A stretch of DNA of 63,137 nucleotides, counting the filler, from an uncultured bacterium (GTDB taxonomy: Bacteria; DAOPZR01), in the NCBI GenBank assembly GCA_964637655.1. It is 23 parts of 23 records of this genome, joined end to end, with 100 filler letters (N's around TTAATTAATTAA, not from the genome) between each part and the next. Parts side by side here need not be neighbours in the genome. Positions count along the whole stretch, not along the records: positions 31,137 to 33,795 come from CAZWUZ010000396.1; positions 33,896 to 36,552 come from CAZWUZ010000397.1; positions 36,653 to 39,301 come from CAZWUZ010000398.1; positions 39,402 to 42,022 come from CAZWUZ010000399.1; 19 more parts are not named here. The stretch is one strand, 5' to 3'. The translations under genes were made by a program, and so were the position numbers. The notes beneath the pieces were generated by a model. That model searched no databases and was not told the DNA's origin. It worked only from the letters and a program-made list of their open reading frames with translations. Shown in pieces: positions 32,289 through 42,122 of this stretch (its first letter is position 1; each line of letters opens with the position of its first letter).

Positions 32289-33662
32289 CTACTGGCGGCC
32301 GATGCCAAAGACCTGCTGCCAGGTCTGGTCGGTGCTGCTCTGCTGTGCCTGTTCACCGGGGACGGGCAGCCCCCACTGGCGCAGCCGGCCTTTCGTGTAT
32401 TCCGCCTCCTCGCCCTCCGGCTCGTCCTCAAGGAATTTCGTGTAGTATTTTGCCGCCTCGCTGTTGTTGCCGAGCGATTCGTAGGAGCGCCCGAGCAGGT
32501 ACTGCACCTCGGTGACGCCGGGGAGCAGGCGGTCGGCGGCCTTGAGCTCGGTGACGGCGTTGCGCCAGCGTTCCTGCCGGATGTTCAGTTTCCCGGCGAA
32601 GTAGCGGGTGTAGAAAAGGTCGGGATAGTAGCGGCGGGCGGAACTGATATCGCGTTCCGCCGCGGAAAGGTCGTCCTCTTCCATGAGCGCCTGCGCGCGC
32701 GACAGGTAGATGACCGCCTGGTCGGGAGCGCGACGCACCGCCTCGTTATACTTGGCGATGGCGGCGCGGATGCTCCCTTCCTCCTGCAGCTTGTCGCCTT
32801 CGTCCATGAGCGCATAGGCGGGAGCGACCGAGAAGAGACGGCGCGAGGCGGAGGTGTAGTTTGCCGCGGCGAGGGTGAGCGGCGGTGCATTCGGTGCGCG
32901 GGCGGCGAGGTAGCGCTGCGCATGTCCGCTGCAGTCGCGGATGCGTTCAGCAGTGAGCGGGTGCGTGGCGAAAAGGCGCTCGAGGAAATTCGGCTCGCTC
33001 TCGCGCATTTTGAGGAACATCTCCATGACGCTGACATAGGCCTGCGGCTCGTACCCCGCGCGGACCATGTAGTCGACCCCCAGCTGGTCGGCCTGGCGCT
33101 CCTGGTCGCGCGAGTAATGGGCGAGGTACATCATCGAGCCGATATAAGCGCCAATCAGCGCGACATCGCCGTACTTGTACCCCTTATGCTCCATGTAGAC
33201 GGCGCCGGCGACGAGCATCAGGTTGATGAGCAGCTGCTGGCTGGCATCGGATATGTAGTGCTGCGCGGCGACATGCCCGACCTCGTGGCTGAGCACGCCC
33301 GCCATCTGCGCCTCGTTGTCGAACTTGCCGAGCAGCCCGCGGGTGATCATGATCTTGCCGCCGGGGAGGGCGAAGGCGTTGATCTCAGAGGTGTTGACCA
33401 CCTTGAACTGGTAGTCGAGATTGGGGCGATGGCTCAGGGCGGCGACGGTCTTGCCCACGCGGGTGACGTAGTTCTGCAGCGGGTCGTCCTGAAACTCGCC
33501 CATGAAGGCCTGGGTGTAGACCGGGAAGGCCTCGTTGCCGGTGGCGATCTCCTGGCTTTCGCTGATGAGCGCCAGCTGGCGGCGCCCGGTGACCGGGTTG
33601 GTGGCGCACCCGGTCAGGGTAAAGAGCAGGACGGCAAGGAGCAGCAGGGAAACGTGGCGCAT
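32289..33662 (-). CDS. M48 family metalloprotease lipoprotein with TPRs (BepA/YfgC-like)
   Basis: Lipobox LTGC, ATNPVTG, NAFALPGG, HEVGH, YSRDQERQAD, THP and C-terminal TPRs. GGAGG RBS. Confidence 0.92.
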   Translation of the reverse strand: MRHVSLLLLAVLLFTLTGCATNPVTGRRQLALISESQEIATGNEAFPVYTQAFMGEFQDDPLQNYVTRVGKTVAALSHRPNLDYQFKVVNTSEINAFALPGGKIMITRGLLGKFDNEAQMAGVLSHEVGHVAAQHYISDASQQLLINLMLVAGAVYMEHKGYKYGDVALIGAYIGSMMYLAHYSRDQERQADQLGVDYMVRAGYEPQAYVSVMEMFLKMRESEPNFLERLFATHPLTAERIRDCSGHAQRYLAARAPNAPPLTLAAANYTSASRRLFSVAPAYALMDEGDKLQEEGSIRAAIAKYNEAVRRAPDQAVIYLSRAQALMEEDDLSAAERDISSARRYYPDLFYTRYFAGKLNIRQERWRNAVTELKAADRLLPGVTEVQYLLGRSYESLGNNSEAAKYYTKFLEDEPEGEEAEYTKGRLRQWGLPVPGEQAQQSSTDQTWQQVFGIGRQ

Positions 33663-33689
33663 GACAACCTCCCCCGGCAGGATAAGGGC

Positions 33690-33719
33690 ATGGTAGCGTG
33701 CCCGCCCCCGGCCTGTCAA
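33690..33719 (-). promoter_or_regulatory. sigma70-type promoter of the M48 protease
   Basis: Minus strand TTGACA-N18-TACCAT. Confidence 0.55.
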
Positions 33720-33740
33720 CACGTATTGGACAGTGCCCGG

Positions 33741-33795
33741 GGCAGTGATTCCGCATCCGGGCAAGCCTAACAGCTAAACAGGGACGGCAGCAGTC
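33741..33795 (+). mobile_element. End of a multicopy element (probable IS), copy 1
   Basis: 55 bp identical to the reverse complement of 50111-50165. Both copies are at contig ends with unrelated flanks. Confidence 0.75.
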
Positions 33796-33895
33796 NNNNN
33801 NNNNNNNNNNNNNNNNNNNNNNNNNNNNNNNNNNNNNNNTTAATTAATTAANNNNNNNNNNNNNNNNNNNNNNNNNNNNNNNNNNNNNNNNNNNN

Positions 33896-34761
33896 AGGGC
33901 AGTCAGCGTTCCCGCATAGATTTTGAGCGACTGCTGTTTGGGGTCGTCCGGCTGGGGTACGGCGCGCCCCCGCAGGTGGATGGTATCGGCATCAGCCGCG
34001 GTCATCGTACGCATCTGCGGACGCCAGCAGACGGCGAGGAACGGACTGCCGTTTGTTCTTCGCTGCCAGGCCGGTTTGCCATCCGCTCCGAAAAGCGCCA
34101 GCGACTCCTCGCTGCCGGCGAGCAGATAGCCGCCCTGCGGCTCATAGGCAAGTGCGTACACCGGTTCCAGTTCAGTCGCGTTATGGCTGCGTGGCACGTC
34201 ATATTCGCCCTGCCGCGAGCCGTCGCGCCACGACAGCAGGCGCACCTTCCCGTCGAGCGCTCCTATCGCCAGCGTACCGTGATTCGTGTCGCAGGAGATG
34301 GCGGTGATGCGTTCGTTTGCGACCTGCTGCGCATGGCATTGCTGCTGCCGGTCGATATCCCAGGCGATGAGCGTGCCGTCATGCAGGCCGGCGAACAGCA
34401 TACCCTTCACCACACAGAGCGCGCTGACTGCGCCGGGAAGCGCGATCGTCCCGTCCGGCACAAAGAAACCGCCGCAGGCATCGCTCACGGCCAGCGAACT
34501 GAGCGCATCGCCCGGGCGGGCATCCCCGTCCCCGATACCGCGCAGCAGCAGGTGGAACTCGTCCGACGGTTGCTGTTCTTTTTTGCCCGGTGCGAGTGCC
34601 GAGGCCACGGCTGTAATGATGGTCTGGCGGTAGCGCCGCCCGTGGCGCAACAGCGCAACGCGCCCGCCTTCGACCGGGGCAGGGCCGTACGCCCGGCAGC
34701 GCACCGCGTGCCTGCCGTCAGCGTCCAGTTCGTGTGCAAGCACGCGTGCGAAGATGGCCAT
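33896..34761 (-). CDS. WD40-repeat protein with N-terminal translation-factor-like beta-barrel, 3' partial
   Basis: GGAGG RBS. N-domain ends in LLLRGIGDGDARPGDAL. WD40 motifs LFAGLHDGTLIAWDI and LAIGALDGKVRL. Confidence 0.75.
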
Positions 34762-34950
34762 GGCGCCCTCCATGATAGTATACACGAAAAACAGCACTCC
34801 TGTTGCCGTCTTTTTGCTTTTCACGCAACACACTGTTTTCAATAACATTGCGCAAATCGTTAGTATCGCACCGTCCTCCGCCAGAAATTCGTCCTTTACA
34901 AAAGGACAATTATGTGGTATATCATCCTTCAAGGAAGGACGATTATACGC

Positions 34951-36228
34951 ATGCTCACCACCCGGCACTGGCGGGAATTGATTGCCGCCAACGACGAAAC
35001 GATTCTGCACCAGCTGCCGGCACCGGTAGCCCGCCCGCACCTTTCCGGCCTCCCGCCGGAGCGCAAGGCACTCGTGCTGTACGGGGTTCGCCGGGCCGGC
35101 AAGAGTTTCCTGCTGTTCGACCGCTATCGCCAGTCACCCGGCACATCCCTGTATCTCGATTTCGAAGACGACCGTCTGGCCGGTTGCACGCTCGCTGATT
35201 GCGACCGCATCCTCGAAGCATTCCACGCCGAAAAGCCCGGGGTTGGCCATCCGGTGTTTCTGCTTGACGAAATACAGAATGTGACAGGGTGGGAACGCTA
35301 TGTCCGCCGCCTGGTGGAGAAAGAGGGGGTGCGCGTCATCGTTACCGGTTCCTCCTCGCGGGTCATGCCGCAGGAGTTCCATACCGCCTTGCGCGGCCGC
35401 GCGTGGAGCCGCGAGGTACTTCCCTATTCCTTTACGGAGTATCTGACCGCGTGCGGGACGACCGCACCCGGCTCCCTCCCGCCGCCCGGCCGCAAACGGG
35501 CGGCGCGCAAAAATCATTTTCTCGACTATCTGCACTATGGCGGGTTCCCGGAAGTGGCCGCGGCGGCATCCCCGTACCTGAAGCGCAAACTGGTATCCGA
35601 CTACCTCGACGCCATGTACTTCCGCGACCTGGTGGAACGCTTCAACCTCACCAACATCCCGCTGCTCGAAGCGCTGCGCGAACTGCTCTTCGCCTCGTTT
35701 GCCACCCGCGTTTCTGTCAGTTCTTTCTGCCGTCACCACAAAGGCCGCTTCCCGTTTGCCCGGGACAGCGCCTTCCACTACTACCACTGTTTCCTGCAGA
35801 GTCTGCTGGTGCGCGAAGTCCGCTGCCACACCGAGTCGTCCTACCAGCGTCTGCGCAATCCTGCCCAGTGCTATCTCGCTGACACCGGGCTGGCCCGCCA
35901 CGTCACATCAACTGATGAGGGACGCCTGCTGGAAAACGCGGTTTTTCTTGAGTTGCAGCGTCGCGGTCACGAACTCTGGTATCACGGCAACGGCGGCGAA
36001 TGCGATTTTGTCGCCCGTCATGATAGCGGGATGCATGCCATACAGGTCGCCTGGGAGGTGCATCCCGGCAATCAAAACCGTGAAATTGACGGTCTGCTCT
36101 CCGCCTGCAAACGTCTCGCACTACCGCACGGCACCATCATCACGGCGGAGCAGGAAGGCGAAGAGGTTCATCAGGGGGTGCGCATCAGTATCGTCCCCGC
36201 CTGGCGATGGTTCTGCGCCCCGACATAA
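34951..36228 (+). CDS. AAA_14 ATPase with DUF4143 / PD-(D/E)XK-like C-terminus
   Basis: GVRRAGKS, FEDDRL, LLDEIQ, VTGSSS, LRGR, YGGFPE, YLADTG, LLENAVF and ECDFV...AIQV. Confidence 0.92.
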   Translation: MLTTRHWRELIAANDETILHQLPAPVARPHLSGLPPERKALVLYGVRRAGKSFLLFDRYRQSPGTSLYLDFEDDRLAGCTLADCDRILEAFHAEKPGVGHPVFLLDEIQNVTGWERYVRRLVEKEGVRVIVTGSSSRVMPQEFHTALRGRAWSREVLPYSFTEYLTACGTTAPGSLPPPGRKRAARKNHFLDYLHYGGFPEVAAAASPYLKRKLVSDYLDAMYFRDLVERFNLTNIPLLEALRELLFASFATRVSVSSFCRHHKGRFPFARDSAFHYYHCFLQSLLVREVRCHTESSYQRLRNPAQCYLADTGLARHVTSTDEGRLLENAVFLELQRRGHELWYHGNGGECDFVARHDSGMHAIQVAWEVHPGNQNREIDGLLSACKRLALPHGTIITAEQEGEEVHQGVRISIVPAWRWFCAPT

Positions 36229-36652
36229 CCGCCGGTCAGGTACAGCACCATGATTCGCGGGCGCTGACAACACCTTGCCCTCAGGTGAAATAGTGGCGGA
36301 GGATGCGGCGGGTGGCGCGCGCCCAGTCCGGGCCGGCCTGCTGCATCAGCGGCACCGGCAGCTGCAGCAGGTGCCCGTCATTCTGTTCGCTGCCTGCCGC
36401 CGCCCCTGCCACCACCACCGCCGCGCGCAATTACGCGCCGGGAGAACCCAAGCCCACCGCCAAAACGACTAGGCGGCGCAGGCTCGACTTGAAAGAAAGG
36501 ATGATTTGACCATGACCATTGAACCAGGCAAAATTTATGGCTTGCTGGGAAANNNNNNNNNNNNNNNNNNNNNNNNNNNNNNNNNNNNNNNNNNNNTTAA
36601 TTAATTAANNNNNNNNNNNNNNNNNNNNNNNNNNNNNNNNNNNNNNNNNNNN

Positions 36653-38092
36653 CTGCGGCTGGTGCTGCACCTTTCCCGCGAGCTGTTCGGGGGCCAGGCC
36701 GATCAACTCGACGACTGGCTGCCGCGAGCGTCGGCGGATGAGCAACTGCCGCTGCTCCACGACTACTATGAAAAATGCCCGCACGACCTTTACCGGCTAT
36801 GGGCGGCTTACCAGCTTTCGCGGCGCGGCGAGTTGACGGGCCTCGAACTTGCCGCGAACAATACGGCCGCGGCCGCGGGCGCGCCGCACGCCTGGGGAAT
36901 TCTTTATTATGGGCAGCCCAGGGAACAATTCCAGTTCGCGGGCTTCCGGCGGATCTGTTATGCCAATCCGGTCACGCTGACCCGTATGATCGAGGAAGGA
37001 CTTTTTTCTCCCGCGGGCATGGATGCCGGCACCCATGATTTGCTGGAGTCGATGGCGGCCGACCTCGTGCCGTACAATTTCGGGGTCTTTAAGAAAATGC
37101 GCTCGGCCATCGTTCGGGAAATGGAGCGATCGGGGGTGGACAACAGCGACTATTGGGGCTTGCCACGGCGCGCCTCGACGACGACGGTGGTGCGCGTTTT
37201 CGGCGGTCAGAATCCCGCCGGGGTGGCATCCAACCGGAGTGACTTCAAAATGATTGCCGCGGCTGACGACGCGGCTGCGTTCTGGGCGCTGTACGGGCAG
37301 GAGCCGGAATCACTGTGGCGGATACGCACCAAGGGCCTCGCGCCCAGGTATTTTCTCGGTTTCCTGAACGACCCGAATTCAACGATAGATCGTGACATGA
37401 TGCTTGATGAACTGCTGACCAATTGCGAAGGTGAGGTCTGGTCAAGAACCGTGGCGGCGGAAAAAGTTATTGCCACCGGCACAATTGATGGTATTACCGG
37501 GTTCCCGATCGGGCGGGTGCCGCAGCTCACTGCCAGTCCGCAAGTGGATGGCCAGATCAGCGCGGCTGAGCGGGCGGGGGCTCTGCGACTTACCCCCGGG
37601 CATCAGGAGGTTGCAGGATCGCCGCTCGCCACGGAGGTCTTTCTCGCGTACAACAGCGAGGGACTTTATCTGGCCTGGTCGGCGGCTGACCGCAAAGAGC
37701 GAATCGAGAACCAAACTTACGATCAAAACGGGGCGGTATTCAAGCGGGAATCTTTTACATTCTTCATTGATGTGATGCGACTGGCCCGCAAATTGGCGTC
37801 CTTCTCGGTTGACTACTGGGGCAAGGGCAGTTTGGAAACCTGGGAAACGTCCACTATCGGGGGCGGGCTCAAGCGGCAGGTGCCGATCAATTGGGCAGGG
37901 GAACGCTGGGAAGGCGAGGCGTTGCTGACCTGGACCGAACTGCTGGCGTCGCCACCGCTGCCGGGAACGGTCTGGCGCATGAATTTCCGTCGCAATCAGT
38001 TCGAGGGGACGCAGGGAAATTCCTATCAGTGGGTGGAGATGCCCAAAAATCCCTATCAGCCGGAGTATTACGGCTTCATCGTGTTCGAGTGA
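36653..38092 (+). CDS. Hypothetical protein with C-terminal CBM9/DOMON-like sugar-binding domain, 5' partial
   Basis: PQVDGQI, TEVFLAYNSEGLYLA, WEGEALLTWTEL, GTVWRMNFRR and terminal YGFIVFE. Confidence 0.7.
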   Translation: MRLVLHLSRELFGGQADQLDDWLPRASADEQLPLLHDYYEKCPHDLYRLWAAYQLSRRGELTGLELAANNTAAAAGAPHAWGILYYGQPREQFQFAGFRRICYANPVTLTRMIEEGLFSPAGMDAGTHDLLESMAADLVPYNFGVFKKMRSAIVREMERSGVDNSDYWGLPRRASTTTVVRVFGGQNPAGVASNRSDFKMIAAADDAAAFWALYGQEPESLWRIRTKGLAPRYFLGFLNDPNSTIDRDMMLDELLTNCEGEVWSRTVAAEKVIATGTIDGITGFPIGRVPQLTASPQVDGQISAAERAGALRLTPGHQEVAGSPLATEVFLAYNSEGLYLAWSAADRKERIENQTYDQNGAVFKRESFTFFIDVMRLARKLASFSVDYWGKGSLETWETSTIGGGLKRQVPINWAGERWEGEALLTWTELLASPPLPGTVWRMNFRRNQFEGTQGNSYQWVEMPKNPYQPEYYGFIVFE

Positions 38093-38096
38093 CCTG

Positions 38097-38774
38097 ATGA
38101 TCGAGACGACCGGACCGGACCCGCAGTATTACCTGGCTATCGACGGGCAGACTCTGGGGCCGTGGCAGTTGCCGGACATTGCGCAACGATTGGCCAGCGG
38201 CGAATTACCGGATGCGACGCTGCTGTGGGACGGGACGGTATGGTGCGCGTGGCAGGATTTTGCCCCCCTGGTGCAACTTCGTGCGGAGTTATTCGGGACC
38301 GTTGCGGAATCCGGCGTTGCTGTGGAATCTGAATTTGTTTTGCCGACGGTGGCGGCGGCTGAATCGGCGCCGGAAGCCGCGGCGGCCGGTGTAGTGGCAT
38401 TGCCGGTGCTGCCGGTTTGCCTGCCCCAGCCGCGCGCGGAGGTGCTGCTGCCGGATTGGTATCGTCAGGACACCGCAACGGAAACCGTGCGCCAGCGGGG
38501 AGTCCGCCAATATTGCGCGGCTTTCCGGATGGCATGGTCACGCGGCCCGGTGGTGGAGTTCATTCCCTGGCTGGCAATAGCGCCGGCGATTATCGCCGCC
38601 GCGCTATTCGGCTATGCGGGTAAGTTGTACATGGTGCTGACGATTGGCAGCGGCTTCGCTGTCGGACTTGGTTTGTTCCTGTGCGTGCGGGTTAGCTGGC
38701 AGTACCGGCTGGTGTTGGGGTTGTGTGCCCTGGCGGCGGGGGGGGGCGCCTGGTGGCTGCGCCTTGGCATATAG
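38097..38774 (+). CDS. GYF_2 (DUF4339) domain membrane protein
   Basis: YYLAIDGQTLGPW...GELPDATLLW...W plus three C-terminal TM helices. Confidence 0.75.
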   Translation: MIETTGPDPQYYLAIDGQTLGPWQLPDIAQRLASGELPDATLLWDGTVWCAWQDFAPLVQLRAELFGTVAESGVAVESEFVLPTVAAAESAPEAAAAGVVALPVLPVCLPQPRAEVLLPDWYRQDTATETVRQRGVRQYCAAFRMAWSRGPVVEFIPWLAIAPAIIAAALFGYAGKLYMVLTIGSGFAVGLGLFLCVRVSWQYRLVLGLCALAAGGGAWWLRLGI

Positions 38775-39118
38775 AGCCGGAAACGCGAGAAGAGCCGGCA
38801 GGAAACACATATTCGTAAATTCCAGTGATGTTGGCGGACCGCGCGCATATTGACAGATCTCACCGGGCGTCAATGGAAAACCTGGCGAAGGTCCGCAGCC
38901 CAGGCAACTTTTTGCCGATGCCGCGTGCGCGGCACGTCTGCGCGGAAACTGTCGGTTGCTTGCGGTGGCAGCGCGCGTAAGATACAAAAAAGTGAAGTCG
39001 TCCGGGAGGGGACCCCTGACTGACCAGGAATATTACCGCGCTGGCTTCACGCAACTGCAGCGCCCGTGCCGCGGGGTGTCGTATATCATCGGCGCTGGTA
39101 CGGGACCCGGCGCGCTGC

Positions 39119-39301
39119 GTGCCTGTTGTCTGGCGGACGGGGACGGAACAGCGTTACCGCCTGCGGCTGCACGCGCAGGGGCGCGGCCTGCTCAGTGACG
39201 CGCTCAATGCCATCGCCGCCGCCGGCGCCTATGTCCTCGCTTCGCATGCCGCGGCGCTGCCCGACGGCATTTCCGCGCTCGCCTTCGAGGTCGAGGTACG
39301 C
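39119..39301 (+). CDS. ACT-domain fragment (RelA/SpoT-type ACT), 3' partial
   Basis: YRLRLHAQGRGLLSDALNAIA...FEVEV pattern. Start uncertain. Confidence 0.5.
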
Positions 39302-39553
39302 NNNNNNNNNNNNNNNNNNNNNNNNNNNNNNNNNNNNNNNNNNNNTTAATTAATTAANNNNNNNNNNNNNNNNNNNNNNNNNNNNNNNNNNNNNNNNNNN
39401 NTTGAATGTCCTATGGACTGGTAAAGCCGCTGACCAACGCCATGGATGTCGGGGTGGTTTTGACTGCGGGAGCAACGGGTGAAACACTGTCATCAGTGAG
39501 CATGGCACTCTGGCAGAGGGCGAATTTCCGGCCGGCACGACAGGAGACGTATC

Positions 39554-40486
39554 ATGAAGAAGAATTTCAGGATTATGCCGTTGGCAGTATTGTTCTGTGT
39601 GTTTTGGAGTTGTGTCGGGGTATCAGGAGCGGAAGTGGCAGGGGAAACGCAACCATTCGTGGTGACGGCCGTTGCTTCGAGTGACCGGGACAGCAATGGC
39701 GCTAACCAGGCGGTTGACTGGGACCTTTCGACCCGGTGGGAACCGGATTCGGATGTTGTCCCGGCATGGATTGAGTTGATACTGCCGGAACCGACCCTGC
39801 TCCATTCGCTGAATATTTACTGGGGAGAATTCGCCGCTGAAAAATACGAACTGGCGGTTTCAACCGACGGAACGGAATGGCAGACCGTAGCGACCGGCAC
39901 CGACGGGGAAACAGGCAGTACGCGATTGCTGGCGCTGGCGCCGCCGCGCCTGGCCCGGCAGATACGTCTCACGGTCTGTACGGACACCGGCGCGGAACAA
40001 TACTGTTCCGTCCGGGAGATAGAACTTAATCCAGGGGAAGGAAACCGCGCGGAGGAGCGCGATACCGCTCCTCACCGTAACCGGCGGTCGGCGGCAGCCC
40101 GGCCGGTCGCCGGAAGTTTGAAATTTCTCGTTGTCGACGATTATGCCACCATGCGGAGAATCGTAAGCAATCTCCTCCGGCAGAACAATTACAACGATGT
40201 CAGTGGCGCGGCGAGCGGTTCCGACGCGCTGGCCATGCTGCGGGAGGGCGAGTTCAATTTCGTTATTTGCGATATGAATATGCCGGAGATGACCGGTTAC
40301 GAGGTCCTGCGGACGATCAGGGCGGACCCGAAACTCAGGGCGCTTCCCGTTCTCATGATTGCCACGACTGCGGACCGGGAACAGCTTGCGGCCGGGGCTG
40401 AAGCGGGGATGAATGGTTATATCATCAAGCCGTTCAACGCCGCGACCTTGCAGGAGAAAATCGGGAATATTCTGAGCGCCTACTGA
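39554..40486 (+). CDS. Signal peptide + F5/8 type C (discoidin) domain + CheY-like receiver
   Basis: AGGAG RBS and signal peptide. ASS...AVDWDLSTRW...WIEL...STDGTEW...ARQIRL...SVREIE. Then KFLVVDDYATMRRIV...CDMNMPEMTG...GYIIKPF. Confidence 0.85.
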   Translation: MKKNFRIMPLAVLFCVFWSCVGVSGAEVAGETQPFVVTAVASSDRDSNGANQAVDWDLSTRWEPDSDVVPAWIELILPEPTLLHSLNIYWGEFAAEKYELAVSTDGTEWQTVATGTDGETGSTRLLALAPPRLARQIRLTVCTDTGAEQYCSVREIELNPGEGNRAEERDTAPHRNRRSAAARPVAGSLKFLVVDDYATMRRIVSNLLRQNNYNDVSGAASGSDALAMLREGEFNFVICDMNMPEMTGYEVLRTIRADPKLRALPVLMIATTADREQLAAGAEAGMNGYIIKPFNAATLQEKIGNILSAY

Positions 40487-40551
40487 CGCGGCATAACATT
40501 ATTTTGGGGTCGTCGCAAAAATAGGTGGGTTGCTGAAATCAGCAAGTAGTT

Positions 40552-40649
40552 GCAGCCGCAGGCTTTAGTGCCTGCCTTTGTTGTTTGGCACCGTTTCATC
40601 TGCCTGCGTTTGGCATTGTTAGAACATGCACGCTGAAGCGCTCGGCTAC
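40552..40649. repeat. Degenerate inverted doublet of GTAG-type REP sequences
   Basis: GCAGCCGCAGGCTTTAGTGCCTGC ... GCACGCTGAAGCGCTCGGCTAC, related to 62931-62999. Confidence 0.55.
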
Positions 40650-40924
40650 AAAAGCGCGTTTATGTCAGTACCGGGGCGATCTCGATTTTCGTGCTTGAAA
40701 GTGCAGTCCTTGGCGGGCTTGGCGCCTTGGCGAGAAGAAAATCAGTAATGGCGTCTCTCGCGAAGGCGCTAAGTTCGCCAAGAAAGTAAAAACCGCAATG
40801 GATGAGGCTAAACAAGCATGCTATCAGGCACCCACCGATTCTTGTGAGGAACCTTATTTTGTGAAAGTCCGCCGGGTGCCTGCAACGGCGGCAACTTGAC
40901 CTGCCACTGAGTTCCCTGTCGACT

Positions 40925-41476
40925 TCAATGGTCGCCGGCGGCACTGGCGCGGGCGCCGGCCCGTAACAGGCGGACGATAGCCTCCGCCACTTCCTTAGGG
41001 GTCTGACCGTCGGTTGCTATCGCCAATCCGGCGCGGGCGTAGGCGTCCGCGCGCTGCGCGAGCCGTACCGCGATTTTTGCCAATCGCTCCGCCGCTGTGC
41101 CTTGCAGCAGCGGGCGGTTGCTGCCTGCCGTGCGCGCCAGGATGGCAGGTACGCTCGCGGTGAGCACGAAATGTATGCTGCCGTTTCGTCGCAAGGCCGC
41201 AAGGTTCTCTGCGCGCAGCACCGCCCCGCTGCCGCAGGCGATGACGGCGCTGTCCTTCTCCGCCAGCCGGGCGATGGCCTGCGTTTCCAGCCGCTGGAAA
41301 GTTGTCTCATCCTGCCGTGCTGCTATTTCCGGGAGGGAACAGCCTGTTTCCCGGGCAATTTCCTTATCGCTGTCGAAAAATTTGCGCTTGAGCCGTTGCG
41401 CGAGGATTTGCCCGACCACGCTCTTGCCCGTGCCCGTGAAGCCGAACAGGACAATGGGCGCGCTGCGTTCGCTCAT
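40925..41476 (-). CDS. aroK: Shikimate kinase
   Basis: GFTGTGKS, FFDSD, FQRLE, VIACGSG and RPLL. Confidence 0.92.
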   Translation of the reverse strand: MSERSAPIVLFGFTGTGKSVVGQILAQRLKRKFFDSDKEIARETGCSLPEIAARQDETTFQRLETQAIARLAEKDSAVIACGSGAVLRAENLAALRRNGSIHFVLTASVPAILARTAGSNRPLLQGTAAERLAKIAVRLAQRADAYARAGLAIATDGQTPKEVAEAIVRLLRAGARASAAGDH

Positions 41477-41498
41477 GCGCGTCCACCTTGGAAGAATA

Positions 41499-41618
41499 TC
41501 AACGCAGAGGCGCAGAGGTCGCGGAGAACTGCAAATTCAATTAGTGACGTGGCCTCGCCTGGCGGGCGAGGCAAATCAATAAATTCTTTTCTCTGCGACC
41601 TCCGCGCCTCTGCGTTGA
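41499..41618. repeat. 120-bp palindromic intergenic element with 30-bp arms and an inner hairpin
   Basis: TCAACGCAGAGGCGCAGAGGTCGCGGAGAA / TTCTCTGCGACCTCCGCGCCTCTGCGTTGA (28/30). Inner GCCTCGCC-TGGCG-GGCGAGGC. Confidence 0.8.
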
Positions 41619-41635
41619 ATATCGTATTAGTCATA

Positions 41636-41941
41636 TCACTTAAGTGGTTCGAGCAGGGCCACGGCCTGGGCGGCGATGCCTTCGCCGCGGCCGAGCGCGC
41701 CCAGTTGTTCCGCGGTTTTGCCCTTGATGTTCACTGCGTCCTGCGTTACCCCGAGCAGTTCCGCCATCCGGGCGCGCAGTTCGTCACGTTGCGGGCCGAT
41801 TTTTGGCTGTTCACAGATGATGGTGGCGTCGATATTGCCGATCCGCCAGCCGGCGGCCTGCACTTCGGCCACGACGGTTTGCAGCAGTTTTGTCGAGTCG
41901 GCATTGTGCCATTGCGGGTCGGTGTCGGGAAAATGCTGGCC
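41636..41941 (-). pseudogene. ispF: 5'-truncated 2-C-methyl-D-erythritol 2,4-cyclodiphosphate synthase
   Basis: GQHFPDTDP, NIDATIICEQPKI, NIKGKTAEQLG and GRGEGIAAQAVALL. The N-terminal ~55 aa carrying the Zn ligands are replaced by non-homologous DNA. Confidence 0.75.
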
Positions 41942-41972
41942 AGTATAGCAGTACCCCGCTGTCCACAAAGCT

Positions 41973-42001
41973 ATTGTACCACCGCCGCCGGCGGGCGTCA
42001 A
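41973..42001 (-). promoter_or_regulatory. Near-consensus sigma70 promoter
   Basis: Minus strand TTGACG-N17-TACAAT with TGn. Confidence 0.7.
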
Positions 42002-42122
42002 CGGATATTTTGCCAGTCGGCGNNNNNNNNNNNNNNNNNNNNNNNNNNNNNNNNNNNNNNNNNNNNTTAATTAATTAANNNNNNNNNNNNNNNNNNNNNN
42101 NNNNNNNNNNNNNNNNNNNNNN

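Noticed and set aside
34951-36228. AAA_14-DUF4143 gene as a novel defence system
   Set aside because: It is a very common stand-alone family and no partner genes are visible.
38820-39110. Possible riboswitch upstream of the ACT fragment
   Set aside because: No c-di-GMP, SAM, TPP or cobalamin consensus was recognisable.
40660-40944. 94-aa ORF downstream of aroK and an IS-end-like GGGGTCGTCGCAAAAATAG near 40506
   Set aside because: The ORF has no motifs and atypical codon usage, and the IS-like end has no partner repeat or transposase in view.
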